Positions 13,331 through 27,861 of a stretch of 64,000 bases of DNA are shown piece after piece. A program made the position numbers and the translations under genes. The stretch lies in the NCBI GenBank assembly GCA_009914755.4, contig CP086569.2:22720001-22784000 (forward strand), written 5' to 3'. The stretch is from the human T2T-CHM13v2.0 reference genome, Homo sapiens. Every line of letters begins with the position of its first letter. The stretch's first letter is position 1. The notes below the pieces were generated by a model. It saw only the letters and a program-made list of their open reading frames with translations. It was not told where the DNA came from and did no database searches.

Positions 13331-14261
13331 GGTGAGAAGCAAGGCTCAAGTGGTAGCTGTCTCATCATCCCTCACCGGCTGAGGCCTGAGGCCGGCTACC
13401 ACTTGGGGCTCAGTTTGGGCTCAACCAGGGCCCTCTCACCCTCCACGCAGATATCCTCCCAAGGCCCCTCTCTATGTCTTCCCTGATGGGCTGTCCCACG
13501 CCCATCATTTTTTGTTACAATGATCCCAGGCTTCCCTGAGATGCTTTCTGCCCTCTGCCATCATCACCCACACTTCCCTGCCCCACCCTGCCCCACCAGA
13601 CAAGAGAGGCCGCTACACAGGGAATCTGGAGAACCACACTGGGCTCACAGGGGAGGAAATGTGAAGAGATTGCAAAATGGATGAGCCCTTCATTGTGTGT
13701 CCAGGGAGGGAACCTGGCTGGGAATTAAGGCCCACCTGAGTAGTGGTGTGGACACCCAGTGTTACTTATCATGATGAAGACCTGCTTTGTCACATCCCCT
13801 AATATTAATATGGAAGTTATTTTCTTGGAACAGTGAAACAATGTGTACAAAGAAATAGTGTTTGTTCAGATTTGTGTAGAAATACTGCAGACGCGTCCCT
13901 TTTCCATTACAATTCTTATGTGAGACTTGAAGTGTTTATTGAGTTGTAAGATACATTTTGATGGTTCTGCCCCCAGCAAATTTTACGATCATGTTTGCAC
14001 TGTAGAGACATGGAATCCAGAAAAGTTTTGAGTGACTTTCAGCTTCTTGTAGAGTACTTACTTGTAAATTTTGAATTTTTTTCCGTATAGTTCTCTTCAG
14101 TTTATTATTTTAATTTTATGTGCAAGGTGATTCATTTGTTTTATTTGCCTTTTGTGGAAACTTTGTTTTAATGTACTTTCTGTTTTCCGTTAGATATGCG
14201 AGTTGAACTGTGAGTACAAAATTTTTATTTTCATTTTTTAGTTGTTTTGGGGTGTCTGTGT

Positions 14262-14556
14262 GTGTTTTGAGGAGTACTGCTCTGTCACCCAGGCTGGAGT
14301 GAAGTGGCAGGATCTCGGCTCAACCTCAACCTCCGCCTCCCAGCTTCAAGCAATTCCCCTGCCTCGGCCTTCTGAGGAGTTGGGATTACTGGTGCATGCC
14401 ACCATGTGCAGCTAATTTTTGTATTTTTAGTCAAGACTGGGTTTCACCATATTTGCCAGGCTGGTCTCCGACTCCTCACCTCAACTGATCCACCCACTTT
14501 TGCCTGCCAAACTGCCAGGCTTACAGCGTGAGCCACCATGCCCAGCCTCATTTATT
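14262..14556 (-). mobile_element. Alu (antisense), copy at 37801..38095
   Basis: Canonical Alu, reverse orientation. Confidence 0.8.
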
Positions 14557-14844
14557 TGTTTCTGTATTAGAACCCTTCTTGTATACTCTTCATGTACACA
14601 CATTTTAGAGTGAATGGAAGAGTGTATTTTATTTATTTAGTCAATAGTAGAATTTTAAACGCAATGTTTTTATTCAGTAAATACAGTATTGTGAATAGGT
14701 TAAACCTAGTATAGTATTGTCATTCTCTCTTTCATAAATTTTTCAAGAACGCTGATACTGTTTCCGTCCCCCCGCCTCCGAGGAGAACACGCAGATAGGT
14801 CCAAAAAATTGTGGAAGTGAGTGGGTATGAAAATATAATTTGAA

Positions 14845-15128
14845 GGCCGGACGGGGTGTTTCACGCCTGCAATCCCCACACTTTCGGAGGCCAAGGCTGG
14901 TGGATTACCAGACGTCAGAAGTTCAAGACCAGCGGGGTCAACATGGTGAAACCCCACCTCTACTAAATATTCGAAAATTAGCTGGGCATGGTGGCAGGTT
15001 CCTGTAATCCTAGCTATTTGGGAGGCTGAGGCAGGAGAATCGGTTGAACCCAAGAGGCGGTGGTTGCAGTGAGCCAAGATCACGCCACTGCACTACAGCC
15101 TGGGTCACAAGACCAAAGCTTTGTCTCC
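14845..15128 (+). mobile_element. Alu (sense), copy at 38384..38667. Absent at the equivalent site of diverged unit 3 (~58810)
   Basis: ggccggacggggtgtttcacgcctgcaatcccc... canonical Alu. Unit-3 homology stops exactly where this Alu begins. Confidence 0.8.
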
Positions 15129-16214
15129 ACCACCCCACACCCCCCAAGAAAGCATTATTTTGGGAAAAACCCATCCAGCACTTGTAAAAATAAGGAATTA
15201 TTAGGCATGGCCACTGTAGTGGTCTGAAACACACTTTGAAATTCTTCTCAAACCCATTTGAAAATATTCCTGATGGAACTGAACACAGTACTTGCTTCTA
15301 ATGTATAGAAAACACTGCAAGCAGTTTCTGGATACTGGACCACCTCTGGCCTAGTTTAGAGACGGTGACACGGCTCTGCCTAGGTCTCCTGCTCTCATGG
15401 CGACAAACCCCTTAGGAGCCCCCGACCAGTACATCACGCAGTCTAACACCCTGATAACACTATGCAGAAGGGACATCCAATGGAGAGACTCAAAGAAACA
15501 GAACAAGATGTCTGAGCATCTCAGCAGTCCAGCCCCTGCTATTTGAGTCACGCTAGCCATGGCACCAGGGAGATGAGAAGACACCCGCCAATGTCCCCAT
15601 CTTTGGCCATCACTAGATTGCATCCTCCTGAGCGCCCCTGAACCACATTCATTTGGCTGAGAGACTGAGGGCGATTGCAGAGACTGACAGTTAGTAAATT
15701 ATAATTATGGTTTTAAGCCACTAAGTTTTAGATAATTCTGAAAAGCACTTTAGACTCCTAGAAAAACTGTGTCGTCTACTGACTTCATTGCAGAGAGCTG
15801 TAAAGGCCAACATCATGAATGCTAATACCCTGGAAAAGTCAAATCATCGAGACTCTTCTAAGCACAACAGATCTTTAATGTCCCTTCGCTATGGCTGGAG
15901 AATAATCTAACATGTATCTGATAGAGTTGTTGGAAAGCCTCTGTTCACATCTCTCAGCCTGGTATGGGTCAACTCTGGTCTGCTTTAATTCTAGGCAACT
16001 GCAGCAGCTCACCTTTCATTTAGGTCGTGGCCTACACTGATTTTTTTTGATCACTGACTGTGTCTTTGTCTGTGTGTGTATGTTTTGTGTGTTACCATAT
16101 TTTATCTGAGGAGGCTAAATAGTAGTACTATAATTGTTTTGTAAACATAAAACATTCCAGGAAGTCAATATTGCTTATCAATCGAGCTTTAAAACAGATA
16201 CGAAATTAGACATG

Positions 16215-18530
<2,316 letters not shown>

Positions 18531-19149
18531 AAAAACTGATACTATCCCAACCACTCTAGATTATTCCTATCTGTAAGAACATATTACTAAACCATTACTT
18601 ACAACATCCACTGTCAAAATATTCAAGAAAAAATTAACGTGGGAACCTCACAAGACAAAACACTTACTTTCCACTATTTAAACTACGAACATTTAAATTC
18701 ATTATGCTACGCACCTGAGAAACTTAGCTGGTTCACTTCTGATTTAGGTGAAAAAAAAAGTTTTCATTACCGTTATCCTCTTCAGTCACAGAATGCTTCA
18801 CATAGAATGTTCCGGATGTCTTAAACTTTAGTATCAATACATCTAATGATTTCCTTTGACCTGTACTATTCCTCTAAAAAATAAACGTTTTATGGTGAGG
18901 CAGACAGTTTTGTAGTCTTTCTGAAGACTTCTCCAACATTTTAACCTTGTTAGTTTTTAAAGAGAAACAGCCTAATTACAAAACTTGAGCAGCTTGCAAG
19001 GGCGACATAACACATCCCTAATTTTGTACCTATGTTCAAAGAAACAAAGGAAAATGTACAACAGACTACACAATTTACTCTCCTATTGAATTTGCTTTAA
19101 GCATGCGCGGCTAACCAATAACACCAGGCATCTTGCAGTACATGTCAAA

Positions 19150-19155
19150 TTTTAT
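19150..19155 (-). terminator. RBMY1: Polyadenylation signal AATAAA (rc of tttatt) of RBMY1 copy B, ~260 nt downstream of the stop
   Basis: Only AATAAA on the minus strand between the stop (19411) and 19100. Confidence 0.5.
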
Positions 19156-19410
19156 TGTGAAAATTTTAAGGTAGATATTACATCTAAACACTTTTCAAAT
19201 AGCATCAACAAGTATGAAATTACTTTGAAAACAATTCCTTTTCCTTTGAATACCTCAAAAAATTCATGGAGGAAGTTAGTATCTACCTCTCTCCACAAAA
19301 CCAACATGTTTCTTTCAGTAATATGCAGGTAACAATGCAGAAATAACATTTCAATTTTTGATTTGCAAACAAGGATTGGTATGCAATAACTATTACTTTC
19401 AATGCTTGCT

Positions 19411-19709
19411 TTAATATCTGCTCGAGTCTCCTTTTTCAGATCGACTCTCCCCACCATCTACTATAGATGCCACATAACTTGAGCTACCACATGCTTCACG
19501 AGGATCAGGGAGCACCCTACCCAGAGAAGGCGGATTCCTTTGGTCTTTTCTGCAAACATGCTCACGATCACAATAATGAAAATCACCACAGCTCGAGTAA
19601 CTCTCCCAACTTCTGCCATATCTATCTCGTGTATTACTATATGCGTGGCAGGTGCTTCCACCATAGGACATCCGAGGCCCTCTTGCAGGTGGTGCACCAT
19701 GAGCGGTCC
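19411..19709 (-). CDS. RBMY1: RBMY1 copy B exon 12 coding part (…[99 protein letters not shown]); stop TAA = rc of 19411-19413
   Basis: Matches ORF 19411..19767(-). Acceptor ccaaccctgcag|GGACC (rc of 19710-19721). The 3'UTR continues to ~19135. Confidence 0.88.
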
Positions 19710-20120
19710 CTGCAGGGTTGGTAAAATAATATGTGGGACTACATTTAAACATTTTTACTGCTATCATTAAAGCATGAATTAGTTAAAGTACTATTTGGAA
19801 ATATCTGCTTTCCTCCGCCTTTGTTGACAGGATATTAATCAAGGCTTTAATAGTCAGAAGGTTTTATTTAAGAGAAGTGTAAGAGTAGTATTTTGCAGCT
19901 TAACAAACTTAATTCTAAAGTAAATGCTCAGTCACATTTTCTTAACGTTAACTGAAGTTCTCACCTTCATATCATTCCCTAGGCTTTATACTGTTAAGAA
20001 TACTCAATATTTAAACATGTTGCATATGGCCTTTACAATTTTCCTTAGAATTTCATTAAAATAACAATCTGGTCTATTAAATAAAATTCTGTAATTTACA
20101 AATCCATCCTGGACCCTTAC

Positions 20121-20209
20121 CGTATCTCTGAAGTGCATCTCTATAAGAACTTCCACTTAGATGTTCAGAATGATCTCTACCAAGGGCCTCACCGTAGCCA
20201 TCATGATAA
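20121..20209 (-). CDS. RBMY1: RBMY1 copy B exon 11 (S)[30 protein letters not shown]
   Basis: 89 nt. Donor G|gtaagg (rc of 20115-20120) and acceptor tttcaatttag|T. Translation matches RBMY1. Confidence 0.85.
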
Positions 20210-20295
20210 CTAAATTGAAAAAAAAAAAGTCTTTTCAATTTCAGAATGAACAATTTAAGAAATCCATTTGATAAATCCAGATAACATGTTAGTAC

Positions 20296-20406
20296 CTATA
20301 TCCTCTAGAGGAATGTTCATCCCAACTAGAATGACCATAATCACGGTATGCATAGTCTCTATGTGGTGGAGCATAATCCCTGGTTTCTCGGGAACTTGGA
20401 TGATTT
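20296..20406 (-). CDS. RBMY1: RBMY1 copy B exon 10 = SRGY box 4 ([36 protein letters not shown])
   Basis: 111 nt (37 codons). Donor AG|gtact and acceptor cag|AAATCATCC. Overlaps ORF 20289..20489(-). Confidence 0.88.
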
Positions 20407-20783
20407 CTGCGTGCACGAGTTGAAGCAAGGAATTTTAAATTGTCACCTTCTAGTATCCAAAACATAACTACATTACAACTTAAACACAATTAAATTGCCA
20501 AACATCTAAATAAAATGCCCACAGAGCCCAAATGCCCAAAATGCCCAAATGCCCAAAAAGCACATGAAACAGATACTCATAATCAGTGATTCAGGAAATG
20601 CATTTCAAATAAAAAAGGAGCTTCCACACTTCACACACACACACTGGAAGGGCAAAAAATTTTCAAAAGCAGGAAATAACAAGTGTTTGAGAGGATGTAG
20701 ATAAATTGGAGCCCTGATACAATGTTAGTTGGAATGAACAATTTAAGAAATCTATTTGATAAATCCAGAAAAAGTTACAGTAT

Positions 20784-20894
20784 CTATATCCTCTAGAGGA
20801 ATGTTCATCCTGCCTAGAATGACCATAGTCTCAGTATGCCTAGCCTCTAGATGGTGGAGCATAATCCCTAGTTTCTCGGGAACTTGGATGATTT
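20784..20894 (-). other. Degenerate fifth SRGY pseudo-exon between exons 10 and 9 (in-frame TAG; donor GT->AT)
   Basis: Same 111-nt register as the SRGY exons. rc contains CCA TCT AGA GGC TAG (stop). The donor reads AG|atactg instead of AG|gtactg. Confidence 0.7.
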
Positions 20895-21327
20895 GTGTGT
20901 GCATAAGTTTAAGCAACAAGTTTTAAATTTTCATCTTCTAGTATCGAATACATGACTAACTTACAACTTTAAATTAAAAGGCCAAACATCTAAATAGGTA
21001 TTTCTCCAAATAAAATAGGCAAATGCCCAAAAAGGACAAGTGACAGATACTCATATTCAGTGATTCAGAAAATGCATTTCTTTTTGTTTTATTATACTTT
21101 AAGTTCTAGCATACATGTGCATGATGAGTTAATGGGTGCAGAAAATGCATTTCAAATCCAAAATGAGATATCATATTTCACACACACAGATGAATGGCAA
21201 TAGATTTTCAAAAGCAGGAAATAACAAGTGTTTGAGAGGATGTAGATAAATTGGAGCCCTGATACAATGTTAGTTGGAATGAACAATTTAAGAAATCTAT
21301 TTGACAAATCCAGAAAAATTACAGTAC

Positions 21328-21438
21328 CTATATCCTCTAGAATAACTTTCATGTCGACGAGAATGACCATAATCACGGTATCCATGGCCTCTAGATGGTG
21401 GAGCATACTCCCTAGTTTCTCGGGAACTTCGACGATTT
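21328..21438 (-). CDS. RBMY1: RBMY1 copy B exon 9 = SRGY box 3 ([37 protein letters not shown])
   Basis: 111 nt with conserved splice sites. Translation matches box 3. Confidence 0.88.
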
Positions 21439-21872
21439 CTGTATGCATAAGTTTAAGCAACAAATTTTAAATTTTCAACTTGTAGTATCCGATATATGAC
21501 TAACTTACAACTTAAACAAAATTAAAAGGCCAAACATCTAAATAGATATTTCTCCAAATAAAATGGGCAAACGCCCAAAAAGCACATGGGACAGATACTC
21601 ATATTCAGTGATTCAGAAAATGCATTTCTTTTTTTTATTATACTTTAAGTTCTAGGGTCCATGTGCATGACGAGTTAATGGGTGCAGAAAATGCATTTCA
21701 AATCCAAAATGAGATATCATATTTCACACACAGATGAATGGCAATAAATTTTCAAAAGCAGGAAATAACAAGTGTTGGAGAGGATGCAGATAAATTGGAG
21801 CCCTGATACAATGTTAGTTGGAATGAACAATTTAAGAAATCTATTTGACAAATCCACAAAAAGTTACAGTAC

Positions 21873-21983
21873 CTGTATCCTCTAGAATAACTTTCATCCC
21901 GACGAGAATGACCATAATCACGGTATGCATGGCCTCTAGATGGTGGAGCATAATCCCTAGTTTCTCGGGAACTTCGATGATTT
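21873..21983 (-). CDS. RBMY1: RBMY1 copy B exon 8 = SRGY box 2 ([37 protein letters not shown])
   Basis: 111 nt with conserved splice sites. Translation matches box 2. Confidence 0.88.
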
Positions 21984-22424
21984 CTGTATGCATAAGTTTA
22001 AGCAACAAATTTTAAATTTTCAACTTCTAGTATCCGATACATGACTAACTTACAACTTAAACAAAATTAAAAGGCCAAACATCTCAATGGATATTTCTCC
22101 AAATAAAATGGGCAAATGCCCAAGATGCACATGGGACACATACTCATATTCAGTGATTCAGAAGACGCATTTCTTTTTTTTTTAATTATACTTTAAGTTC
22201 TAGGGTCCATGTGCATGATGAGTTAATGGGTGCAGAAAATGCATTTCAAATCCAAAATGAGATATCATATTTCATACGCACACACTGGAAGGGCAATAAA
22301 TTTTCAAAAGCAGGAAATAACAAGTGTTTGAGAGGATGTAGATAAATTGGAGCCCTGATAGAACGTTAGTTGGAATGAGCAATTTAAGAAATCTATTTGA
22401 CAAATTCAGAAAAAGTTACAGTAC

Positions 22425-22535
22425 CTATATCCTCTAGAGGAATGTTCATCCCGATTAGAATGACCATTATCACGGTATGCATAGCCTCTAGATGGTGGAG
22501 CATAATCCCTCGTTTCTTGGCAACTTGGATGATTT
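22425..22535 (-). CDS. RBMY1: RBMY1 copy B exon 7 = SRGY box 1 ([37 protein letters not shown])
   Basis: 111 nt with conserved splice sites. Translation matches box 1. Confidence 0.88.
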
Positions 22536-22904
22536 CTGTGTGCATAAGTTTAAGCAACAAATTTTAAATTTTCAACTTCTAGTATCCAATACATGACTAA
22601 CTTACAACTTAAACAAAATTAAAAGGCCAAACATCTAAACAGATATTTCTCCAAATAAAATCGGCAAATGCCCAAAAAGCACACGGGACTGATACTCATA
22701 TTCAGCGATTCAGAAAATGCATTTCTTTTTGTTTCATTATACTTTAAGTTCTAGGATACATGTGCATGATGAGTTAATGGGTGCAGAAAATGCATTTCAA
22801 ATCGAAAATGGGATATCATATTTCAAACACACATTTGAATGGCAATAAATTTCAAACAGCAGGAAATAACAAGTGTTTGAGAGGATGTAGATAAATTGGA
22901 TTGC

Positions 22905-23461
22905 TGATACAATGCTAGGTTGGAACGGAAAATGATGCAGCTACTATGGAGAAATGTGGTGGTTCCTCAAGAAAACAAACATCATTATCATAGGACCATG
23001 CAATTCCACTCATATACACCCAGAACCGAGTAAGCACACTCAAACAAATATTGGTGCGTAGAAATACTCGAGTGGAAACAACGCAGATAAAATAATGGGT
23101 TAATAGCTTGTGGAAGGAGTGAAGTGCTATGATGTAAATGAACCTTCAGGACATCATGCAAAAGGAGAGGAGACAAATACAAAAAGTCATGTAGTGTTTG
23201 AGCACATTAACATTAAATACCCACAACAGGTAAGTTCAGAGGCAGAACACTGACTGGTGTTATCTAGCAGCTGAGGAAAAGGAGAAAATGGGAGGGACTG
23301 CTTAACTGGTAGTAGGAGTTTCAATTTGGAGTGATGAAAATGTTCTGGAACTCGATGGAGGTAGTTGTTGCATGGCACAGAATGTATCAAACACCACCTA
23401 ACTGTTCACCTTATAATATTTAATTTTGTTATGTGAATTTCATCACCACAGGAAAAAAAAA
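22905..23461 (+). mobile_element. Old LINE-1 (L1M/L1P-type) 3'-end fragment ending in an A-run, in the intron between exons 7 and 6
   Basis: Resembles L1 3'UTR consensus as recalled ('...gatgcagctactatggagaaatgtgg...ccatgcaattccactc...gttgcatggcacagaatgtatcaaacaccacctaactgttcaccttataatatttaattttgttatgtgaatttcatcaccacaggaaaaaaaaa'). A diverged copy lies at ~44290..44880. Confidence 0.5.
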
Positions 23462-23490
23462 TCAACTGTGCTTTTTAATTTTTCCTTTAC

Positions 23491-23605
23491 CCATCGTTAG
23501 TTGCATAACCATCATGTCTTGTTGACATGCGATCATTTCTCCAGGAAGATATTGTCGCTCTGCGTGGAGGAACTCCATAATTCTCTCTTCTTTGTGACAT
23601 GGGAC
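23491..23605 (-). CDS. RBMY1: RBMY1 copy B exon 6 ([39 protein letters not shown])
   Basis: 115 nt. Donor GG|gtaaag (rc of 23485-23490) and acceptor ag|GTCCC (rc of 23606-23607). Spans the unit boundary at 23539/23540. Confidence 0.85.
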
Positions 23606-25615
23606 CTTTAACATTCAAATGATGGAACATTACGTAAAGAACACCAAATCTGAAACGCTATTTTCTCTTCTCTCAAACAACTTTTTAAAATTATTTCTTC
23701 TATGACTCCATTCTTTGTTTCCTAAATTACTAGACAGACATGACACTGTGAATATTTCTCATGGCTTTGGATAATCCCATGGCTCCCACAAGGCCAGTTC
23801 TTCTAATGAAGCTGAAGGCAAACATTAATGCTTAGGTAAAAGTTCATTTGTAATGGTTAATAACTACTTAGTTATTATTTTCCTTTCCATATAAATTACT
23901 GATGACTGTGAGTGACACAGGGAAAACACGTAAAACCATCAAACTCTTCACTGATTTTAAAGTTTACATACATTGTTCTTTCTCAGCCAAAGAAGGTAGA
24001 TTTTCCAATATCATTCAGTCCATCTCACAGACACATAAATACAGCTACCTTTAAATGACTATATGCTAAATGTTTACATAAAAGTTCTTTAACTGGTTGG
24101 CTCTATCTTAAATGTTGACAAATTAAAATGTATTAGTGAAGATTTTCTAATGATGGTCAAGATTTGCTTTTACTGCAAAGAAAGCAATGCTATGCAAGGG
24201 GTCATTACAACACTGTTGCTGTTTCAAAATAGAAAGTTTCTCCTCTAATATATTCTTCACTTGCTATTCCTTAGCGGTCAGTGTTTCACATATGATACCT
24301 TCACTGGCTAATTTTCCAATGGAAATGTGTTGGCTTGGGTATCCTGAAGCCAATAAATACCTCCCTTCACCGATACTCTACGTATGAAATGTAAAATTGA
24401 AAATGGCAGTTTTTAACTTCCTCCGTATGCGGATGGAGGACTAAGAAAGAATTTTAATTTGCTCTGCTTAAACTTCCTTGCTAAGAACTTTTATTTATTG
24501 TCTTATTTTCTTCTGTTCAGTCTGCAGTCTTACAATTCTTCTCAAAAGTATTACTTGCATTCAACCCTACCGCTCACCTCATGTTGCTGAGTTCTAAATT
24601 CTCTCCTCAAATAATTTCAAATCTTACACTAAGGATCTTGTGTTAATGTTTAAACATCCCGGTACAATCTCAATTACTGATTTACATACACCTATATTTC
24701 ACAACTCTGCATTTCTGTGATATCCACTTAATTTAAGAATTTTGGACTCCTACGTGTCTACCTCTCGAGCCTTAAATTTATTTTTAAATCATATTTAAGC
24801 CCAATGACTCCTTGTCTGCTAAATGCTCTTGTAGTTCTTTTGAATCTTCATGCAAGCAGTGAGTATGCCTTGCACATACGCATTACTGAGGTCTCAGAAG
24901 CTGGATGGCCAGGCTTAGCGGCTCACACTGTGAGTGAGTGTGGAAGGCTGAGGCAGCTGGACCGCTTGAGCCCCAGGCTTTAACATCAGTTTTGACAATG
25001 TAGTCAGATCCTCTCTCTACAAAAACATAGGGAAAAAAATGTAGCTAGGTGTGCTGCTGCATGCCTGTAGTTGCACAAACTCGGGAGGCTGAAACAGCAG
25101 AATTGCTTGAGCCCAGGAATTTGAGGCTATAGTAAGCCGTCATCTCACAAATTTGAGGCTACAGTAAGCCGTCGTCTCACATAGTGCACTCTCACCTAGT
25201 AAGAGCAAGACTCCAACCCAGCAAAGTCACCGAACAAGCAATTTTTAGAATGGGACACCAGGGGACTTAGGAAATGGAAGAGTTAATTAGATCAAGAAGC
25301 CTACCATCAAAGAATACTGCTAGGAACTTTTAGAAAAATTAAGGGGAATTTTCTAGCCAACACAGGATTAAAAGGAATGTTGGCCTCACTCTAATCACTT
25401 CTTTGATCTGCAATGAGAAGCTCAAGTATTTCTTCAACATAAATCTGAAATGTACCTAGTGAGATAGAAACTATAATAAAAGCTATCAATCAGTAATTAT
25501 GCTCACGTATGTGTCACTTCTCTTTTGTTCAATGAACTTAAAGCTAAGCATTCAGCTAAAACGGCTCATTTTTAGTCATACAAAAACTACGGTCTTTCTG
25601 TCAGGCAGCATTTAC

Positions 25616-25768
25616 CTTGGCTTCCCATCCAACTATTGCTTCTTGCCACAGCAGAAGGAGCAGATTTTTTCGGAGGAGGACCTCCACTTCTTGAAGATGG
25701 ACCTCTTTTAACTGGAATGAGTCCCCTAGAATAACTCATCTTGAGATCAGGAGTGTATCCACCATCAT
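25616..25768 (-). CDS. RBMY1: RBMY1 copy B exon 5
   Basis: Identical to 2077..2229 (offset 23,539). Confidence 0.85.
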
Positions 25769-27683
25769 CTGTATTTCAAACAAAATCTTTTTAGTTAACT
25801 GACGTCACTGTTTCTTAAATGGCTAAGTTTTAGTTGTTTACAAATATTTTCTACATTTTATAACAAATTCACATTTTGTCTAAACTAATAAAATTAGCAT
25901 TCCTACAAGGTATTAGTACACTTCAAGCATTAAAAGTTCATTTAGAAAATCTAGAAAGAAACTCAAGTATCATAATATATCGGTATGAAGGAGAGATGTG
26001 GGAAAATGGGGAGTGAACGGGGGCAGAAATCTATCACTAAAATATCCAAATATAATATACATAAAAATATTAAAAGAAAAATGATAAATGACTGTTTATA
26101 TCATTCTGTAATGAGGAAAAATTTTCAAAGCACATCATAAAGATAAACTAATTTCCATTCAAAGAAACTCAAATATTTCCAATACCAAGAAATCACATAT
26201 CAGGAAAATACATTGTCTCTAAAATTTGTTAACACAATATAGAATTCTTAAAATTCCCTTATGAGACACTAATTTTCAGATGAGACTATGCTGAATTTTA
26301 ACAGTCTTTAAGAATTGCATATTCGGTAATATAAACATATTTTTATACATCTACAAAAACGTAGATATATGCCAATTGCCAGGTGGTGTTACAGGTTAGA
26401 ATTTATGTACACATTCTCGTCCGTGGCAGAGTATAATTGAAGCTCACCCTCAAGATCAGTGGAGGCAAAACAGCCGTGAAGCTACGCATCTTAAAATGGA
26501 GCAAACACTGCAATTTCAACTTGAAAACAATCTCCAATTAATTACATGTCTGGTTATTAAAACTCCAAGCTATTTGTTAGAGTTCTGAAGGTTGGTTAAT
26601 AGATAATACAAGTTAACCAACAGGTTTATTTATTTATTTATTCAGATGCACTCTTGCCCTATCACGCAGGCTGGAGTGCCATGGCATAACCTTGGCTCAC
26701 TGCAGCTTTTGCCTCCCAGGTTCCTGTGATTCTCCTGCCTCAGCCTCCTGAGTAGCTGGGATTACAGGTGCACGCCACCAGGCCCAGGCAAATTTTTTTG
26801 TATCTTTAGGAGAGACAGGGTTTCACCATGTTGGCCAGGCTGGTCTGGAACTCCTGACCTCGTGGTCCACCTCCCCTGTACTCCCCAGGTGCTGAGGTGA
26901 CAGGCGTGAGCCACCTCGCACAGCCCATCCAATAGTTTTTTCTTTTTCCTTTTTTTTAAATATATGGTTTGTTTTTCTTTTATATGTAAAGATGGACCCC
27001 TCATTTCTATTAAGTAAATCACTCATAAATATCATTTTCAGTGACTCAGCCTCCAGCAAAGAAAGATTCATACATATCTGTGAAGCAGTGGTTTTTAGAT
27101 CTTTCCAGAGTCACAGACTCTTTTCAGAAATTAAAGTTCTACATTTCTTAAATTGAAAATGCTTTACGGCAGGCCAATGTACAAACTCTCTGTATCAAAA
27201 TTACAAAGCAATACATTTGCATAGATGTTTCCACATGTAGACACAAGAAAACAAATACTGCAAAATCAATCTTCAGTATTCAGTTACTTCTTCCTGTTGG
27301 AAAATTTTAAATATTACATCGTACTTTGATAATACAACTGACACGAAGTTCTGGGCCCTAAAGTAGAAAACTCTAAAGTATAATGAATATAAATGAGTTC
27401 TGCAGAAAACCGGTTGAGTACAGGCAATCAGCATTCACAAACACAACTCACTTTCAAATGTGTGTTACTTCAGTGCAAACTTATTATAATTGTTAAACAA
27501 ATTTTAGATATTAGTTCAATCATTCTTATAATACACCTTTATAGTACTTAGAAATAAGTTTGCTTATTATCAATAAGCTAATTTTCTCTTCATACAGGAA
27601 AGAAAAAAATTAAGAAATTTCAATATCGTCAAACTTATTTTCTTTCAGTCCTATGGTTCCATCTTTATATTTTAAAACATTAC

Positions 27684-27861
27684 CCAGGTGCCCTTCTTGT
27701 GAGGGAAGCCACCCTCTTGTTCCTCCACGGCTTCCTCTTGCAGATCTCAGACTTCCTGAAGGGCTTCTGTTTCTCGAAGAAGCTGGTGGTCTCCGCCTAC
27801 CACCACTTTGAAAAGATGGTTTCTTGGCTTGTTCTACTTTTATTGCTTTTCCATGCAAAGA
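27684..27861 (-). CDS. RBMY1: RBMY1 copy B exon 4 (differs from copy A by one codon: ...WLPSQEGHL, Gln instead of His)
   Basis: Offset copy of 4145..4322. t at 27697 vs a at 4158 gives CAA(Gln) vs CAT(His) on the minus strand. See ORFs 27610..27858 vs 4071..4319. Confidence 0.85.

Larger units (their letters stand above)
20222..22910. repeat. Intragenic tandem array of five ~490-550 bp units, each built around one SRGY exon (4 coding + 1 pseudo-exon). Units 2-5 also carry an antisense L1 3'-tail fragment with an internal deletion
   Basis: Exon starts at 20296, 20784, 21328, 21873, 22425. Flanking intron sequence is repeated ('aaattttcaacttctagtatcc...ggcaaatgcccaaaaagcaca...'). The fragment 'ttatactttaagttctagggt.catgtgcatga.gagttaatgggtgcag' is absent from the first (exon 10) unit. 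Confidence 0.85.

Noticed and set aside
19467-19724. 85-aa plus-strand ORF (and the 89-aa homolog at 43077..43346) antisense to RBMY exon 12
   Set aside because: Antisense frames stay open because the sense codon usage (Ser/Arg/Gly/Tyr-rich) avoids the complements of stop codons. There is no start context or splice evidence, and the product is His/Cys/Asn-rich nonsense.
20222-22910. Regularly spaced ~545-bp direct repeats as a CRISPR-like or satellite array
   Set aside because: This is human Y sequence. The repeats are intron+exon modules of RBMY1 (SRGY boxes) with splice sites and in-frame coding content, not spacer-repeat structures.
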